Positions 31,747 to 41,740 of a stretch of DNA of 64,000 nt are shown piece by piece. Source of the DNA: Chloroflexota bacterium (GTDB lineage Bacteria; Chloroflexota; Dehalococcoidia; DSTF01; JACRBR01); the NCBI GenBank assembly GCA_031400455.1, contig JANNPX010000029.1:464-64463 (forward strand), in the 5' to 3' direction. Numbering within the stretch: the stretch's first letter is position 1; every line of letters starts with the position of its first letter. The notes under the pieces are model-generated. The model worked only from the letters and a program-made list of their open reading frames with translations, had not been told where the DNA came from and did no database searches. A program made the translations under genes and the position numbers.

Positions 31747-31784
31747 GGGCGCTCCGTAGAGCGCCCTTCTCCGTTATTCGTTTC
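31747..31784 (+). terminator. Intrinsic terminator of lepB
   Basis: GGGCGCTC-cgta-GAGCGCCC perfect 8-bp stem followed by TTCTCCGTTATTCGTTTC. Confidence 0.55.
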
Positions 31785-31980
31785 ACGCTACGCGCCCTTC
31801 TCCGTTGTGTGCCGTCGCACGGAACGCGGGCGCCGCACTAGGGGCGCACAGCCGTGCGCCCCTACTTGTATGCGGCACGGCGGTTGATGAGATGCGGCTC
31901 GCCGATGCTGGTCAGCTACGTGTCTCGGCGGGATCCGCGCGGGCTGGAAAGCCCGTGCTACGTGCTTGTTGTAGGGCTTC

Positions 31981-33045
31981 CTACTTGTATGCGACGAAGG
32001 CCGCGTACAGCGGCTGGTCGAGATGCAACTCGCGTATGCCGGTGAGGCCGGCGCCCGTCGCCATCTCTTCGAACTCCGCGCGCGAGAAGAAGCCGACGGC
32101 GTGGCCGCCCTTCGCGACGGCCTGTGGAATCTCGTAGAACAGGTCGATGTGCGAGAGCACGGCGTTGTAGGGTCCGACGCAGTCCTCGATGTTTTCCGCG
32201 CCGCGGATCTCCGTCACGAGCAGGATGCCGTCGTCCTTCAGCGCGCGACGGGCGTTGGCGAGGACGATGCGCGCGTCGTCCATCTCGTGCAGGGAGATCT
32301 GGGCGTAGATGAAGTCAAACGCGTCTTCGCTGGTGAGATCTTCGCCGCGCATTTCTTCCGCGTGCACGTGTTCTCCCAGGCCCGCCCCTTCGATGCGGGC
32401 GCGCGCCAGTTCGATCGAGACGGCGTCGGGGTCGACACCGGTGACGGTGCAGGCGGGGAACGTGCGAGCGAGCGATACGAGTCCTGCGCCCGCGCCACAG
32501 CCCAGCTCCAGGATCGTGCCGCCGGCGGTCAGGCGCTCCGCCAGCTCCGGCATGGCGGGCAGCAGCACGGCGGGCAGGAACAGCTCGTACGCGGCCTTGC
32601 TGAATGAGTGGATGGTCTCGACCATCTCCTGCCCGTACTCGGCGAACGGGATGCCTTCGCCGCTGGTGAAGCAGTCGCCGACGCGATCGGCGAGCCGCGA
32701 TTCGACAGCGTGGTTCGTGACGAGACCGGCCTGGTACTGGAAGTCGGTATCGTCGAGGAGCAGCGCCTCCATGAAGGACGCCATGATCAACCGCTGCGTC
32801 CCGGCGTCGTACTCGAGCACTTCGCCCGCGACGGCGGTGCGCGCCCAGGCGCGGACGTAGCGTGCGTCGAGCCCGGTCTGCTCGACGAGTTCGTCTAGCG
32901 TCAGGCCGTCATCCTGCGCGGTGATCTTTTCGAAGAGGCCGAGCTTGATGCCGTAGTACGCCATGCGCAGGCTGGCCGCGCCGGCTGCCCAGTCGAAGAT
33001 CTTCGCCGCCTGCTCGTCCTTGGTCACGAATGATGAGTCTGGCAT
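31981..33045 (-). CDS. Class I SAM-dependent O-methyltransferase (family-2 OMT type with an N-terminal dimerisation/wHTH domain)
   Basis: ...GGTILELGCGAGAGLVSLARTF... (motif I), and ...LHEMDDARIVLANARRALKDDGILLVTE... typical of the OMT C-terminus. Confidence 0.65.
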   Translation of the reverse strand: MPDSSFVTKDEQAAKIFDWAAGAASLRMAYYGIKLGLFEKITAQDDGLTLDELVEQTGLDARYVRAWARTAVAGEVLEYDAGTQRLIMASFMEALLLDDTDFQYQAGLVTNHAVESRLADRVGDCFTSGEGIPFAEYGQEMVETIHSFSKAAYELFLPAVLLPAMPELAERLTAGGTILELGCGAGAGLVSLARTFPACTVTGVDPDAVSIELARARIEGAGLGEHVHAEEMRGEDLTSEDAFDFIYAQISLHEMDDARIVLANARRALKDDGILLVTEIRGAENIEDCVGPYNAVLSHIDLFYEIPQAVAKGGHAVGFFSRAEFEEMATGAGLTGIRELHLDQPLYAAFVAYK

Positions 33046-33118
33046 CGATGCTCCACGCTGCATGCGGCTGATCGCTCAGCCGCGTCTCGGTCCGCCGCAC
33101 TGTACCGGCAGGGCCGCG

Positions 33119-33781
33119 CTAGTCGGCGCTCTTCCGCGCCCATACGGCGAACAGCGGATCGTTGGGTGCGCCGCTGTCGATGCTGCGGTTCTCGGCGGTG
33201 GGCTCTTCGAAGCCGCCGGCGTGCTTGAAGTACGAGATGATGAGGCCGGCGCGCTCGCGGTCGTCAAGCGAGCGCCAGATGCGGACCGCCTTCGTCGGGA
33301 ACATGCGGTTGCTGTACGTGACGATGAACGGGGCGCCGGGCTTCAGGACGCGGCAGACGTCGCGGAACGTATCGAGCGGCTTCGTCATGTACTGCACGGA
33401 CACGGTCACGACCGCACCGTCGAACTCGTCATCGCCGAAGGGCATCGCCGGTTTCGTGTTGAGGTTGTGTACGAGGTACTCCGTGAGTTGGTCGTTCGCG
33501 CGCAGCTCCTCGTCGTTCATGCCGAGGCCGCAGAGCCGCTTCCACTCCAGTTCGGGCGGCATATGCGACTTGTAGCTCGACATGAGGTCGAGGATCGCGC
33601 CGCGTTGCGGCAGCAGCTCGCCGTAGAGTTGGCTGGCGGCTTCGATGGCGTAGTCGTCGATGTGGACGAGCAGCCGCGGCTGGGCGTAGAACATCGCGTC
33701 GGGCGAGTCATCCGCGCGCTCGAAGAAATGTGGTTTGAATGGGGAGTCGGTCATGGCATCACCCGGGGTCATTGCGTCCAT
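33119..33781 (-). CDS. Putative SAM-dependent methyltransferase-like protein (degenerate motif I)
   Basis: ...RGAILDLMSSYKSHMPPE...VLKPGAPFIVTYSN... has a Rossmann-MTase-like layout. Start chosen at MDAMTPGD. Upstream residues in the ORF track overlap the previous gene. Confidence 0.4.
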   Translation of the reverse strand: MDAMTPGDAMTDSPFKPHFFERADDSPDAMFYAQPRLLVHIDDYAIEAASQLYGELLPQRGAILDLMSSYKSHMPPELEWKRLCGLGMNDEELRANDQLTEYLVHNLNTKPAMPFGDDEFDGAVVTVSVQYMTKPLDTFRDVCRVLKPGAPFIVTYSNRMFPTKAVRIWRSLDDRERAGLIISYFKHAGGFEEPTAENRSIDSGAPNDPLFAVWARKSAD

Positions 33782-33818
33782 CGCGCGGCGTGGGCTGAGC
33801 GCATTGCGCGCTTCTTTC

Positions 33819-36800
33819 TCACTTCGTCGCTTCGGCCGTCGCAAGCAACACTTCCGCGATCTCGAGGTGCTTCGGCATGCCGATGTCGCGATACATTGCG
33901 ATGGCCTCGTTGAGGAGCACGCGCGCACGCTCGCGATCGCCGGGAGCGTCGCGTTCGAGCAGCATCCAGGCGTACCAGCGCCGCACTTCGGGCTGTTCGA
34001 TGCGATGCGGCAGGTCGTGCGCCTGGCGCAGGGACGTGTCGAAGTGCTGCTCTGCCACCGCCCACTGGTGTCCGCAGGCAGCCGCAATCCCCGCCGACTT
34101 CTCTAGCAGTGACGGCAGCCAGTCAATGACCGCTCCAGCCGCCATTGTTTCCACCGCGAATGGGTACAGCTCGGCGACCTCCTCGTAGCACTTCAGGAGC
34201 GCCAGCCCTTCGATAGCCGCCAGGTACATCGCGCTGGAGGCGAAATCCAGCTGAGCACCAAGGCCGGGCAGATCGCTCCGTCGCTCCCTCCAAATCGCGA
34301 GCGCCTCGTCCCTGGCGGCACTATACGCCCGTAGTTTGAAGCGGCCGCTGGCCTGCAGCAGCTCCACTGCGGGAATGTCTACTTCAACGACCCGACTCAG
34401 GTGTTCCTCGGCGTTGCCCCAATGCCCGCGCCAGAACTCCGCCACCGCTACCCCAAAGTCGAAGGCGCCGATGTTAAATGCGTTGCTCGATGCGACCGCG
34501 GCCCGAAGGGCCTCCTGGCAGGTGTCTGCGAACGCCTCGAGGTCGCCAGAACGCATCACACGTATCTGGCCCGCAAGATTTGCGGATAGCTGGCAGCAGC
34601 CTTCGTTCCCAAACGGCGCGAGCTTTTCGTTTTCGCGCGCGATCTCCTCCGCTTCATCAAGCCGTCCAATCGAGACGGCGGCCAAGAGCACGTTCTGAAA
34701 CACGGTGGTCGCGTCGTACGGCGCGCCCGCTGCCAGCAACAGCCGCCCTCCGCGCAGGCCGTCGTCGAATGCTTCGGCGTGACGCCCTAGCAGCGAGCCG
34801 TTATCCGCCTTGTACAGCAGGACCATCCCGAGCGCGTGTTGGTCGCCCAGCTCCTCCGCGAGCTTGAGCGCCTCGCCAAATGTCGCCTGTGCGGCGGCGT
34901 AGTCTGCGCCTGGAAGCCAGCACGAGATACCAGCCTCTGCCGCGAGGAGAATGCAACGGTCAGCGTTGACGTGCTCTCCGAGAGCGGCGAGTCCGCGCCT
35001 GGCCACAAGCAATGCTTGTTCAGCGCGTCCTGCCCACAACAGATCCATCGACGTTGTGGCGCAGATCCTACCGACGGCCTCGCCTTGCCCGAGCGATTCG
35101 TAGATCCCCATCGCCGCGTCCCAGTCGCTCAGTGCATCATCCAGGCGGTTGAGGCTGCGCAGCGCGCCGGCGCGTGTATTGAGGAGGTCGGCGCGAGCCT
35201 TGCGGTCTTCCGGATCGACGACGGAGAGGCCATTGTCGCAGAGCTTCAGCGCGTCCTCGAACGCGGCGGCCTTCAGCGCGAGACCGGCAGCCATAACGAT
35301 GTAGAGCATCGTCTTCTCCGGGTCCGCCGCGGCGCCGGCCTGGAAGAGATGGTGCGCGAGGTCCGCCGCGTGCTCGTCGAGCGACCGCGCGTACACGCGC
35401 TCGATGGCGTCGGCGACGCGGAGATGGATCCGCTGGCGCCGCGGCATCGAAAGGCCGCTAAGCAACGTCTGGCGGAACAACTCGTGCGCGAACGCTATCG
35501 TGGCATCGCGTCCGTCATCGGCGGAGCCCACGATGTGTGCCGCCTGCGCTGCGTCGATGGCGTCCAGCACGGCGTCCGCGGTGTCTTCGCTTGCAGCCTC
35601 CAGCAGATCGAAGCGGAAGACGCGCCCGATTACGGCGGCGCTTCCGAGTACGCGCTTCGCGTCTTCACCCAACCGTTCCAGGCGGCGGCCAATGACCAGG
35701 CGCACACCCTCCGGCACCTCGAGTTCGCCTACGACGAGGCTCGCCTTCCAGTTGCCCTGGTCGTCGAAGAGCTTTCCTTCCTCCGCGAGATGACGAACGA
35801 CTTCTTCGACGAAGAAGGGGTTGCCCTCGGTCTCGCTCTCGATCACGTCGACGAGCTTCTGCGGCGGCGCCTGTCCGCTCATCGCCTGCAGCATCGCCTG
35901 CACGCCCGCCTCGGGCAGACGCCGCAGTGCAATGCGGTGTGCCAGCCTGCGCCGCAGCAGCGACTCGAGCGAGCGGGCGAGTGGCCGCCCCACGTCGAGG
36001 TCGACGTCGCGATACGTGCCGAGCATCAGCACAGGCATCGACGCGACCTGCTGTGCGAGGTGTTCCAGCACGAAGAGAGTGGCGTCGTCGGCCCAGTGGA
36101 GGTCGTCGAAGATGAGGAGCAGCGGCGTGACGCGGCTCGCGCGCCCGATGAATTCGCCCAGGCTGTTCAGGAGGAATCGCCGCTCCTGCTCGGGAGGGAG
36201 TTCCACCGGCATCGGAATGTCGTCGAAGATGTGGCGCAACTCCGGCATGATGCGGGCGACCTCGGCCGCGTTCTCGCCGAGAGCCGCGCGAAACGTCTCC
36301 TTCGGCGCCGAGCGCAGAAACGCTTCGAGCATCTCGACGAGCGGTGTATAGGGAGCGGCGCCTTCCATCTCGTAGCAGTGGCCCAGCCGCACGGCGGCGC
36401 CGAGACGCTGCGCCTCGACGGCGATCTCTTCGGCGAGGCGCGTCTTACCCACGCCCGGCTCACCGCCGATCACGACCAGCGCGCCCTGCCCACGAACGGC
36501 CGCCGCCATCAGCTGCCGGAGCTGCGACAGTTCGTCCGCGCGTCCGACGTAGGGCGTGCGGTCGGGCAGCGCGCCGGGCCGGGCTGCTGGCATTTCCCAC
36601 ACGACCTCGTACAGATGCCACGGGTCCGAAAAGCCCTTCAGCGCGAACTCACCCCGGTCCTTGAGCTCGATGTTGCTCGCCGCGCCGAGAAGCATGCGGA
36701 GTCCGTCCGAGATGAGGATCTGGCCCGGTTCAGCGGCGGACTGGATCCGCGCCGCCGCGTTGACGGTCGACCCGAAGAGGTCCGCTTCCTCGCGCACCAC

Positions 36801-37136
36801 CTCGCCTGTGTTGAGACCGATGCGCATCCGCGCCGCGGACGAGGGCGCCTGCTGGATGCGGAGCGCGAGCGCGCGCTGGATATCGATCGCGCATGCCACC
36901 GCGCGGCGCGCCGAGATGAACGCCGCCATCATGCCATCGCCGAGACCCTTCACTTCATGGCCGCGGTGCTTTGCCACGTGCTCGCGCACGAGTTCATGCA
37001 GGGAACGGAGGAGGTCGCGCGCGGGCCCGTCGCCGAGGCGGTTCGTCAGGTCGGTCGAGCCTTCGACGTCACTGAAGAGGACGGTGACCGTGCCTTCGGG
37101 CAGTTCCTGCGCGATGGCCTCGATGCCATCAGTCAT
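33819..37136 (-). CDS. Class III adenylate/guanylate cyclase domain fused to a P-loop NTPase (STAND/MalT-like) and a TPR-like helical domain (1105 aa)
   Basis: N-terminal cyclase domain (VTVLFSDVEGSTDLT, ...KGLGDGMMAAF..., ...GSTVNAAARIQS...), Walker A VVIGGEPGVGKTRLAEE, then about 800 aa of helical repeats. Its start overlaps the stop of the upstream gene (ATGA). Confidence 0.8.
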   Translation of the reverse strand: MTDGIEAIAQELPEGTVTVLFSDVEGSTDLTNRLGDGPARDLLRSLHELVREHVAKHRGHEVKGLGDGMMAAFISARRAVACAIDIQRALALRIQQAPSSAARMRIGLNTGEVVREEADLFGSTVNAAARIQSAAEPGQILISDGLRMLLGAASNIELKDRGEFALKGFSDPWHLYEVVWEMPAARPGALPDRTPYVGRADELSQLRQLMAAAVRGQGALVVIGGEPGVGKTRLAEEIAVEAQRLGAAVRLGHCYEMEGAAPYTPLVEMLEAFLRSAPKETFRAALGENAAEVARIMPELRHIFDDIPMPVELPPEQERRFLLNSLGEFIGRASRVTPLLLIFDDLHWADDATLFVLEHLAQQVASMPVLMLGTYRDVDLDVGRPLARSLESLLRRRLAHRIALRRLPEAGVQAMLQAMSGQAPPQKLVDVIESETEGNPFFVEEVVRHLAEEGKLFDDQGNWKASLVVGELEVPEGVRLVIGRRLERLGEDAKRVLGSAAVIGRVFRFDLLEAASEDTADAVLDAIDAAQAAHIVGSADDGRDATIAFAHELFRQTLLSGLSMPRRQRIHLRVADAIERVYARSLDEHAADLAHHLFQAGAAADPEKTMLYIVMAAGLALKAAAFEDALKLCDNGLSVVDPEDRKARADLLNTRAGALRSLNRLDDALSDWDAAMGIYESLGQGEAVGRICATTSMDLLWAGRAEQALLVARRGLAALGEHVNADRCILLAAEAGISCWLPGADYAAAQATFGEALKLAEELGDQHALGMVLLYKADNGSLLGRHAEAFDDGLRGGRLLLAAGAPYDATTVFQNVLLAAVSIGRLDEAEEIARENEKLAPFGNEGCCQLSANLAGQIRVMRSGDLEAFADTCQEALRAAVASSNAFNIGAFDFGVAVAEFWRGHWGNAEEHLSRVVEVDIPAVELLQASGRFKLRAYSAARDEALAIWRERRSDLPGLGAQLDFASSAMYLAAIEGLALLKCYEEVAELYPFAVETMAAGAVIDWLPSLLEKSAGIAAACGHQWAVAEQHFDTSLRQAHDLPHRIEQPEVRRWYAWMLLERDAPGDRERARVLLNEAIAMYRDIGMPKHLEIAEVLLATAEATK

Positions 37137-40100
37137 TCTGTCACCCGTACCGCATAGATCGAGTGCACGCCCGAAAGGCCCTTCAACTCCACCTCGCGCG
37201 GCTCGCCGAACATCGCCGCGCCGACGCTGCTCTCGACGAGAGCGCGCAACAGCGACGACACGAGGATCTCGCCGCCGACGGCTTTGCCGGCGACGCGGGA
37301 TGCCATGATCACGTTCTTGCCGTAGAAGTCGTCGTCGTCCTTGATGACTTCGCCGGCGTGGAGGCCGATGCGCACCTTCACGTGCTCGCCGTTCGTAGCA
37401 TTGTGCCCGTCGAAGGCACGCTGGATCGCGATGGCGCAGTCGAGGCCCTTCTTCGCGGACTGGAAGGCGACCATGAAGCCGTCACCCATCGTCTTCACTT
37501 CGTAGCCGCCGTGCGCCTGCAACTGAGCGCGGATCAGGGCGTTGTGTTTGCGGAGCAGATCCTGCCACGCCTGGTCGCCGAGGCGCTCGGTGAGCACGGT
37601 CGAGTCCTCGATGTCGCTGAACATGATCGTGACGGTGCCGTCCGGCGCCGCGTGCGACGCGATCTCCGGCCGTTCGCGCTCGACGCTATCGGCGACCGCG
37701 GCGATCGACGTGTAGATGTCGGTCGTGATCGTGCTGATGCCCTGATCGCGCATGCGCAGCCGCATCGCCTCTTCGAGCGCCGGCTGCATCTTCATCGCCT
37801 GAAACTCGCCGAGCGCAAAGTTCAGGTGCTCGACCGCCTCGGCGCGCTCGTCCGGGTAGTGCTCGAACAGGGTGCGGGCGATGGCGAGGCGCGTGAGCGC
37901 GATCTCCGGCCGATCGTCAGCTCCGGCCGCCACGTCGAGCGAGGTCGCGAAATGCTTTCGTGCAGCGGCGAAATCGCCGAGCAGCAGCGCCGCGAGGCCG
38001 AGTTGGCGCGCCACTGTGCCGACGAAGTCGATTGAATACAGGTGGTCGGCTATGGCCAAGCGTTGGGACAGCAGTGATGCTGACTCAACATCGCGCGCGA
38101 TCACAGATGCGGCGAGCAGATAGACCAGCGAACCAGTGTCCGTCCAGTCGTCCTCGACTTGGATGCCGCGCGCCGCAATGATGCGCCGAACTTCGCTTCG
38201 CGCTTCGTCGAGCTGACCGGCCGCGGCCAGGACGAGCGCGAGGGTAGGTTCACCCGTCACCCACGACAGGAAGGACTCGCGACGAGCGAGGACTTCGTCA
38301 AAATGGCCGAGCCTCGTGAGCGCCGGGGCGGCTGCCCCGTGGGCCATGATCTGCCCGAACACGCCGACTCCGAGCGCTTCGGCCTGATCGCCGAAATCCA
38401 ATGCGACCTGAACAAGTTTCTCCAGATCGCCGGCCCGTACGAGGCGGCTCGCCTGGGCCGCAATAAGCCATATCTTGACGTACGGATCGCCCACGCGGTG
38501 TGCGTACTCCTCCAGTTCGTGGTACGCCGCCTCGCGCAGTGGTTGCCCTTTCGCGTCAACGAGGCGCTGGAAACACATCGCGAGGTTTTGGGCCAGAAAG
38601 CCCGGGCGCTGACGAACGCGCGGCAGGCTGAGAAACTCCTCGGCAACCCTGACGGTTTCGTCGTGAATCTCGGGCGGAAACTGCCCGACGAGGAAGCTTG
38701 TCATTGCCCAGTTGAGCGCTTCGGGGTCGGCTATCTGCCTAGCGAGTTCGAGCCCGCGCCTCTGCAATTCCAAGGTTTCTCGGACTCGCCCGTGCGCATA
38801 GTGGATCCAGGATTCGGCGACGATCGCAGAGACTCGCTCCGGGCTCCCCGGCGTCGAAAGGTCATTTTGGCGCTTGACCCAGAGCGCGTACTCGGGGCTG
38901 CCGAAGACAGGGCCTGCGCCAAAATAGATCAGTCCATCGATTGCACGCTGCGCGGCGATCGCTGCCCGCCGATCGTCGCCCATGCGCTCGGCGGTTGCAT
39001 ACATCTCCGGCGCTATCTCATCCGAAACGCGCTGCGGCTCGCCCGCTGAGAGCAGCGCGTAGGCAAGCGCTTCCAGCAGTTCGTAGCGCCTCCCGCCATC
39101 GTTCGGGTCCAGCACGTCCTGCACCTGCAGTGCCTGTTGCAGCAGGCGGGCCGCCTCGCCGTGAGCGTAGACGCTCGCCGCACGCGTCGCTGCGAGTTCG
39201 CCATAGTGGACGGCTTTGCGCAGGTCTTCCTCGGTCGATGAATGCGCGAAGTGCTCCGCCAGTTCCGCCGCGTGCTCATCGAGGCGCGACGCGTAGTGCG
39301 TTTCCAGCGCCTTCGCGACGTCGTTGTGCAGGCGCAGGCGGCGTGGTGCGATCATCTCGCTGTACAGCGTCTGGCGGAAGTACGCGTGCGTGAAGCGATA
39401 GCGGACATCGCGCCCCTGCGTGTGCTCCTCAAGCAGCGAGACGCCGACCGCTTCTTCGATTGCGCTCAGCAACTGCTCCTCCGGCACGTTTGCGACGGCG
39501 CGCAGCACATCGAGCGAGAAGTCGCGCCCCATGACCGCGGCGATGCTGAGGATGCGGTTGCACTCGTCGCCGAGCCGCGACAGCCGCTTGCCGATGACGT
39601 CGCGCAAGCCTTCCGGGATCTGTGTGAGCAGCGACGCATTCGCCACCCATTGGCCGCCTTCGCGCTGCGCCAGGCCGGATTCCAGGATGTAGCGCGCCAC
39701 CTCCTGAATGAAGAGCGGGTTGCCCTCCGTCTGTCGGTAGATCGCCTCCGCGAGCACGTACGGCACGTCCTGGCCGGCGATGTTCGAGAGCATTCGTTGC
39801 ACTTCGTCGGGTGTGAGGCCGCGCAGGGCGATGCGCGTGAAGTTCTCGACGCGCCGCAGATCGGCGAGCGCTGCCGACAGCGGGTGCTTTCGGTCCACTT
39901 CGACATCGCGATAGGTGCCGACGATCAGGAGACGCGTGCCGGCGAGGTTGCGCGCGAGATGCACGAGCAACTCCATCGTCCCCTTGTCGCCATCCTGCAA
40001 GTCCTCGAGGACGATGCAAAGCGCCTGGGCATTCGATGCGTTGCGCAAGAACGTCGCCACAGCCTGGAAGAGCCGGAACCGCTCCTCCTCCGGGTTGCCG

Positions 40101-41560
40101 GGCGGCGGCAGCTCGACCGCCACGCGATCGCGGATCTCCGAGACGATGCGCGCCACTTCGCCCGCTCCCGTGCCGAGCTCTTCCTCCAGCGCATCGCTCT
40201 CGCGCACCAGCGCGTACGATCGCATTGCCTCGACGAACGGAAGGTACGGCAGCGCCAGCGATCCCTCTTCGTAGCAGTGGCCTACGAGCGTCCGGCCGCC
40301 GCGCATCGCCACGTACGTCAGCAGTTGTTCCGTAACGGTCGTTTTGCCGATGCCGGGCTCGCCAACGACCATCACCAGCGCGCCTTGGCCGGAGAGCGCG
40401 CCGTCGAACGCGGCCTGGAGCTGCTTCAGCTCGGCCTCGCGGCCGACGAATGTGCGCTGGTAGATCGCCCCGCTCGCCGCATCTTCGGATGGCTCGGCTG
40501 CGGTCGTCGGGGACTGCACGTCGATCGAAGCGAGTGCCTGCACGACGTCGGTCGCGCTGGCCGGACGCTGCGCCGGATCCTTGGCGAGCAGGCGCAGGAT
40601 CAGCGCCTCGAGTCCAGACGGACACTCGCTCGTGTGCCACGTCGGCGCAACAGGCGGCGTATTGACGTGCTGCGAGATAACGGCGACGATGTCGTCGCCG
40701 ACGAACGGCGGCCGGCCCGTCACCATCTCGTAGAGCACGCAGCCCAAGGCGTACAGGTCGCTTGAGTCGGTGGTGACGCCGCCCATCGCCTGCTCCGGCG
40801 GCATGTACGCTGCCGTGCCGACCATGGTGCCCTGCATCGTCATGCGTGTCTTGTCGAGCGTCACCGCCAGCCCGAAGTCGCCGATCTTCACGATGCCCGC
40901 GTCGGTGAGCCAAACATTGCCGGGCTTCAGATCGCGATGGATGATGCCGTGCTTGTGCGCGTGCTCCAGCCCCTGCGCGACCTGCGACGCGATCCGCACC
41001 GCATCGGTGATCGGCACGCGCCGCCGTTCCGCCGCGTCGATCAGCCCGGTGAGTTCGCCGCCCGCCATGTACTGGCTGACGATGTACGGCTCGACCACGC
41101 CGCCAGCGGCCGTCTCCTCGCCCGTGTCGAACACGGTGACGATGTTCGCATGGTCGCCTAGTTTGCCCATCGCCTGCGCCTCGCGCCGGATGCGCGTCAC
41201 GCCGTCCGCGTCCAGGCCGTCCGTCTTGATCGCCGCGAACGCGACGTCGCGGTCGAGCTTCGTGTCGTGAGCGAGGTAGACACGCTTTCGGCCGCCTTCC
41301 CCCAGGAAGGACTGCACGGTGTAGCGGCCGTCGCCAAAGGATGCGGGGAGGGGCCGTGCGGCCGGAGGCTTGGGCTGGGACAGCGTGGCAGCCGCATCCG
41401 CCGTCAGCGACGCGCGGCATCGTTTGCAGAACTTGGCCGTGGGTGAGTTGGTCGTGCCACAGGCCGCGCAGGGGCGAACGAGGTCGCCTCCGCACTCCTC
41501 ACAGAAGTCCGCATCGGTCGGGTTCACGTGGCCGCAGGCCGAACACTGCATCGTCATCAC
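37133..41560 (-). CDS. Giant signalling protein (1475 aa): double zinc-ribbon, Ser/Thr protein kinase, P-loop NTPase (STAND), TPR-like region, C-terminal class III cyclase domain
   Basis: CSACGHV...CEECGG and CAACGT...CKRC zinc ribbons. Kinase motifs (VAFAAIK, HRDLKPGN, DFGLA, APE). Walker A VVGEPGIGKTTVTEQ. C-terminal cyclase domain (TIMFSDIEDSTVLT, YEVKTMGDGFM, GKNVIMASR). Confidence 0.8.
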   Translation of the reverse strand: MMTMQCSACGHVNPTDADFCEECGGDLVRPCAACGTTNSPTAKFCKRCRASLTADAAATLSQPKPPAARPLPASFGDGRYTVQSFLGEGGRKRVYLAHDTKLDRDVAFAAIKTDGLDADGVTRIRREAQAMGKLGDHANIVTVFDTGEETAAGGVVEPYIVSQYMAGGELTGLIDAAERRRVPITDAVRIASQVAQGLEHAHKHGIIHRDLKPGNVWLTDAGIVKIGDFGLAVTLDKTRMTMQGTMVGTAAYMPPEQAMGGVTTDSSDLYALGCVLYEMVTGRPPFVGDDIVAVISQHVNTPPVAPTWHTSECPSGLEALILRLLAKDPAQRPASATDVVQALASIDVQSPTTAAEPSEDAASGAIYQRTFVGREAELKQLQAAFDGALSGQGALVMVVGEPGIGKTTVTEQLLTYVAMRGGRTLVGHCYEEGSLALPYLPFVEAMRSYALVRESDALEEELGTGAGEVARIVSEIRDRVAVELPPPGNPEEERFRLFQAVATFLRNASNAQALCIVLEDLQDGDKGTMELLVHLARNLAGTRLLIVGTYRDVEVDRKHPLSAALADLRRVENFTRIALRGLTPDEVQRMLSNIAGQDVPYVLAEAIYRQTEGNPLFIQEVARYILESGLAQREGGQWVANASLLTQIPEGLRDVIGKRLSRLGDECNRILSIAAVMGRDFSLDVLRAVANVPEEQLLSAIEEAVGVSLLEEHTQGRDVRYRFTHAYFRQTLYSEMIAPRRLRLHNDVAKALETHYASRLDEHAAELAEHFAHSSTEEDLRKAVHYGELAATRAASVYAHGEAARLLQQALQVQDVLDPNDGGRRYELLEALAYALLSAGEPQRVSDEIAPEMYATAERMGDDRRAAIAAQRAIDGLIYFGAGPVFGSPEYALWVKRQNDLSTPGSPERVSAIVAESWIHYAHGRVRETLELQRRGLELARQIADPEALNWAMTSFLVGQFPPEIHDETVRVAEEFLSLPRVRQRPGFLAQNLAMCFQRLVDAKGQPLREAAYHELEEYAHRVGDPYVKIWLIAAQASRLVRAGDLEKLVQVALDFGDQAEALGVGVFGQIMAHGAAAPALTRLGHFDEVLARRESFLSWVTGEPTLALVLAAAGQLDEARSEVRRIIAARGIQVEDDWTDTGSLVYLLAASVIARDVESASLLSQRLAIADHLYSIDFVGTVARQLGLAALLLGDFAAARKHFATSLDVAAGADDRPEIALTRLAIARTLFEHYPDERAEAVEHLNFALGEFQAMKMQPALEEAMRLRMRDQGISTITTDIYTSIAAVADSVERERPEIASHAAPDGTVTIMFSDIEDSTVLTERLGDQAWQDLLRKHNALIRAQLQAHGGYEVKTMGDGFMVAFQSAKKGLDCAIAIQRAFDGHNATNGEHVKVRIGLHAGEVIKDDDDFYGKNVIMASRVAGKAVGGEILVSSLLRALVESSVGAAMFGEPREVELKGLSGVHSIYAVRVTE

Positions 41561-41740
41561 TCCAGCGATTCGGGACGGGGGGTCTCAGGAGCCTCACTAT
41601 ATGGATGCCCGCCCGTTATCGGAACCGGCGGGCCGTCGCCTGTTGACAGGTGCTACTCGTTGCGAGTCTGTGAAAATCGCGCACTTCAGGTTGCGGGGCG
41701 GGCGCTGCTCTCCGAGAATGAGAGCGAGAGGTGGTGGATC

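Noticed and set aside
34836-37157. 773-aa plus-strand ORF antisense to the cyclase-NTPase-TPR gene
   Set aside because: Low-complexity R/A/E/L-rich translation. Antisense artefact.
39242-41495. 507-aa plus-strand and 688-aa minus-strand alternative-frame ORFs overlapping the 1475-aa kinase gene
   Set aside because: Arg/Gly/Pro-rich and lacking motifs. The kinase/NTPase/cyclase frame is unambiguous.
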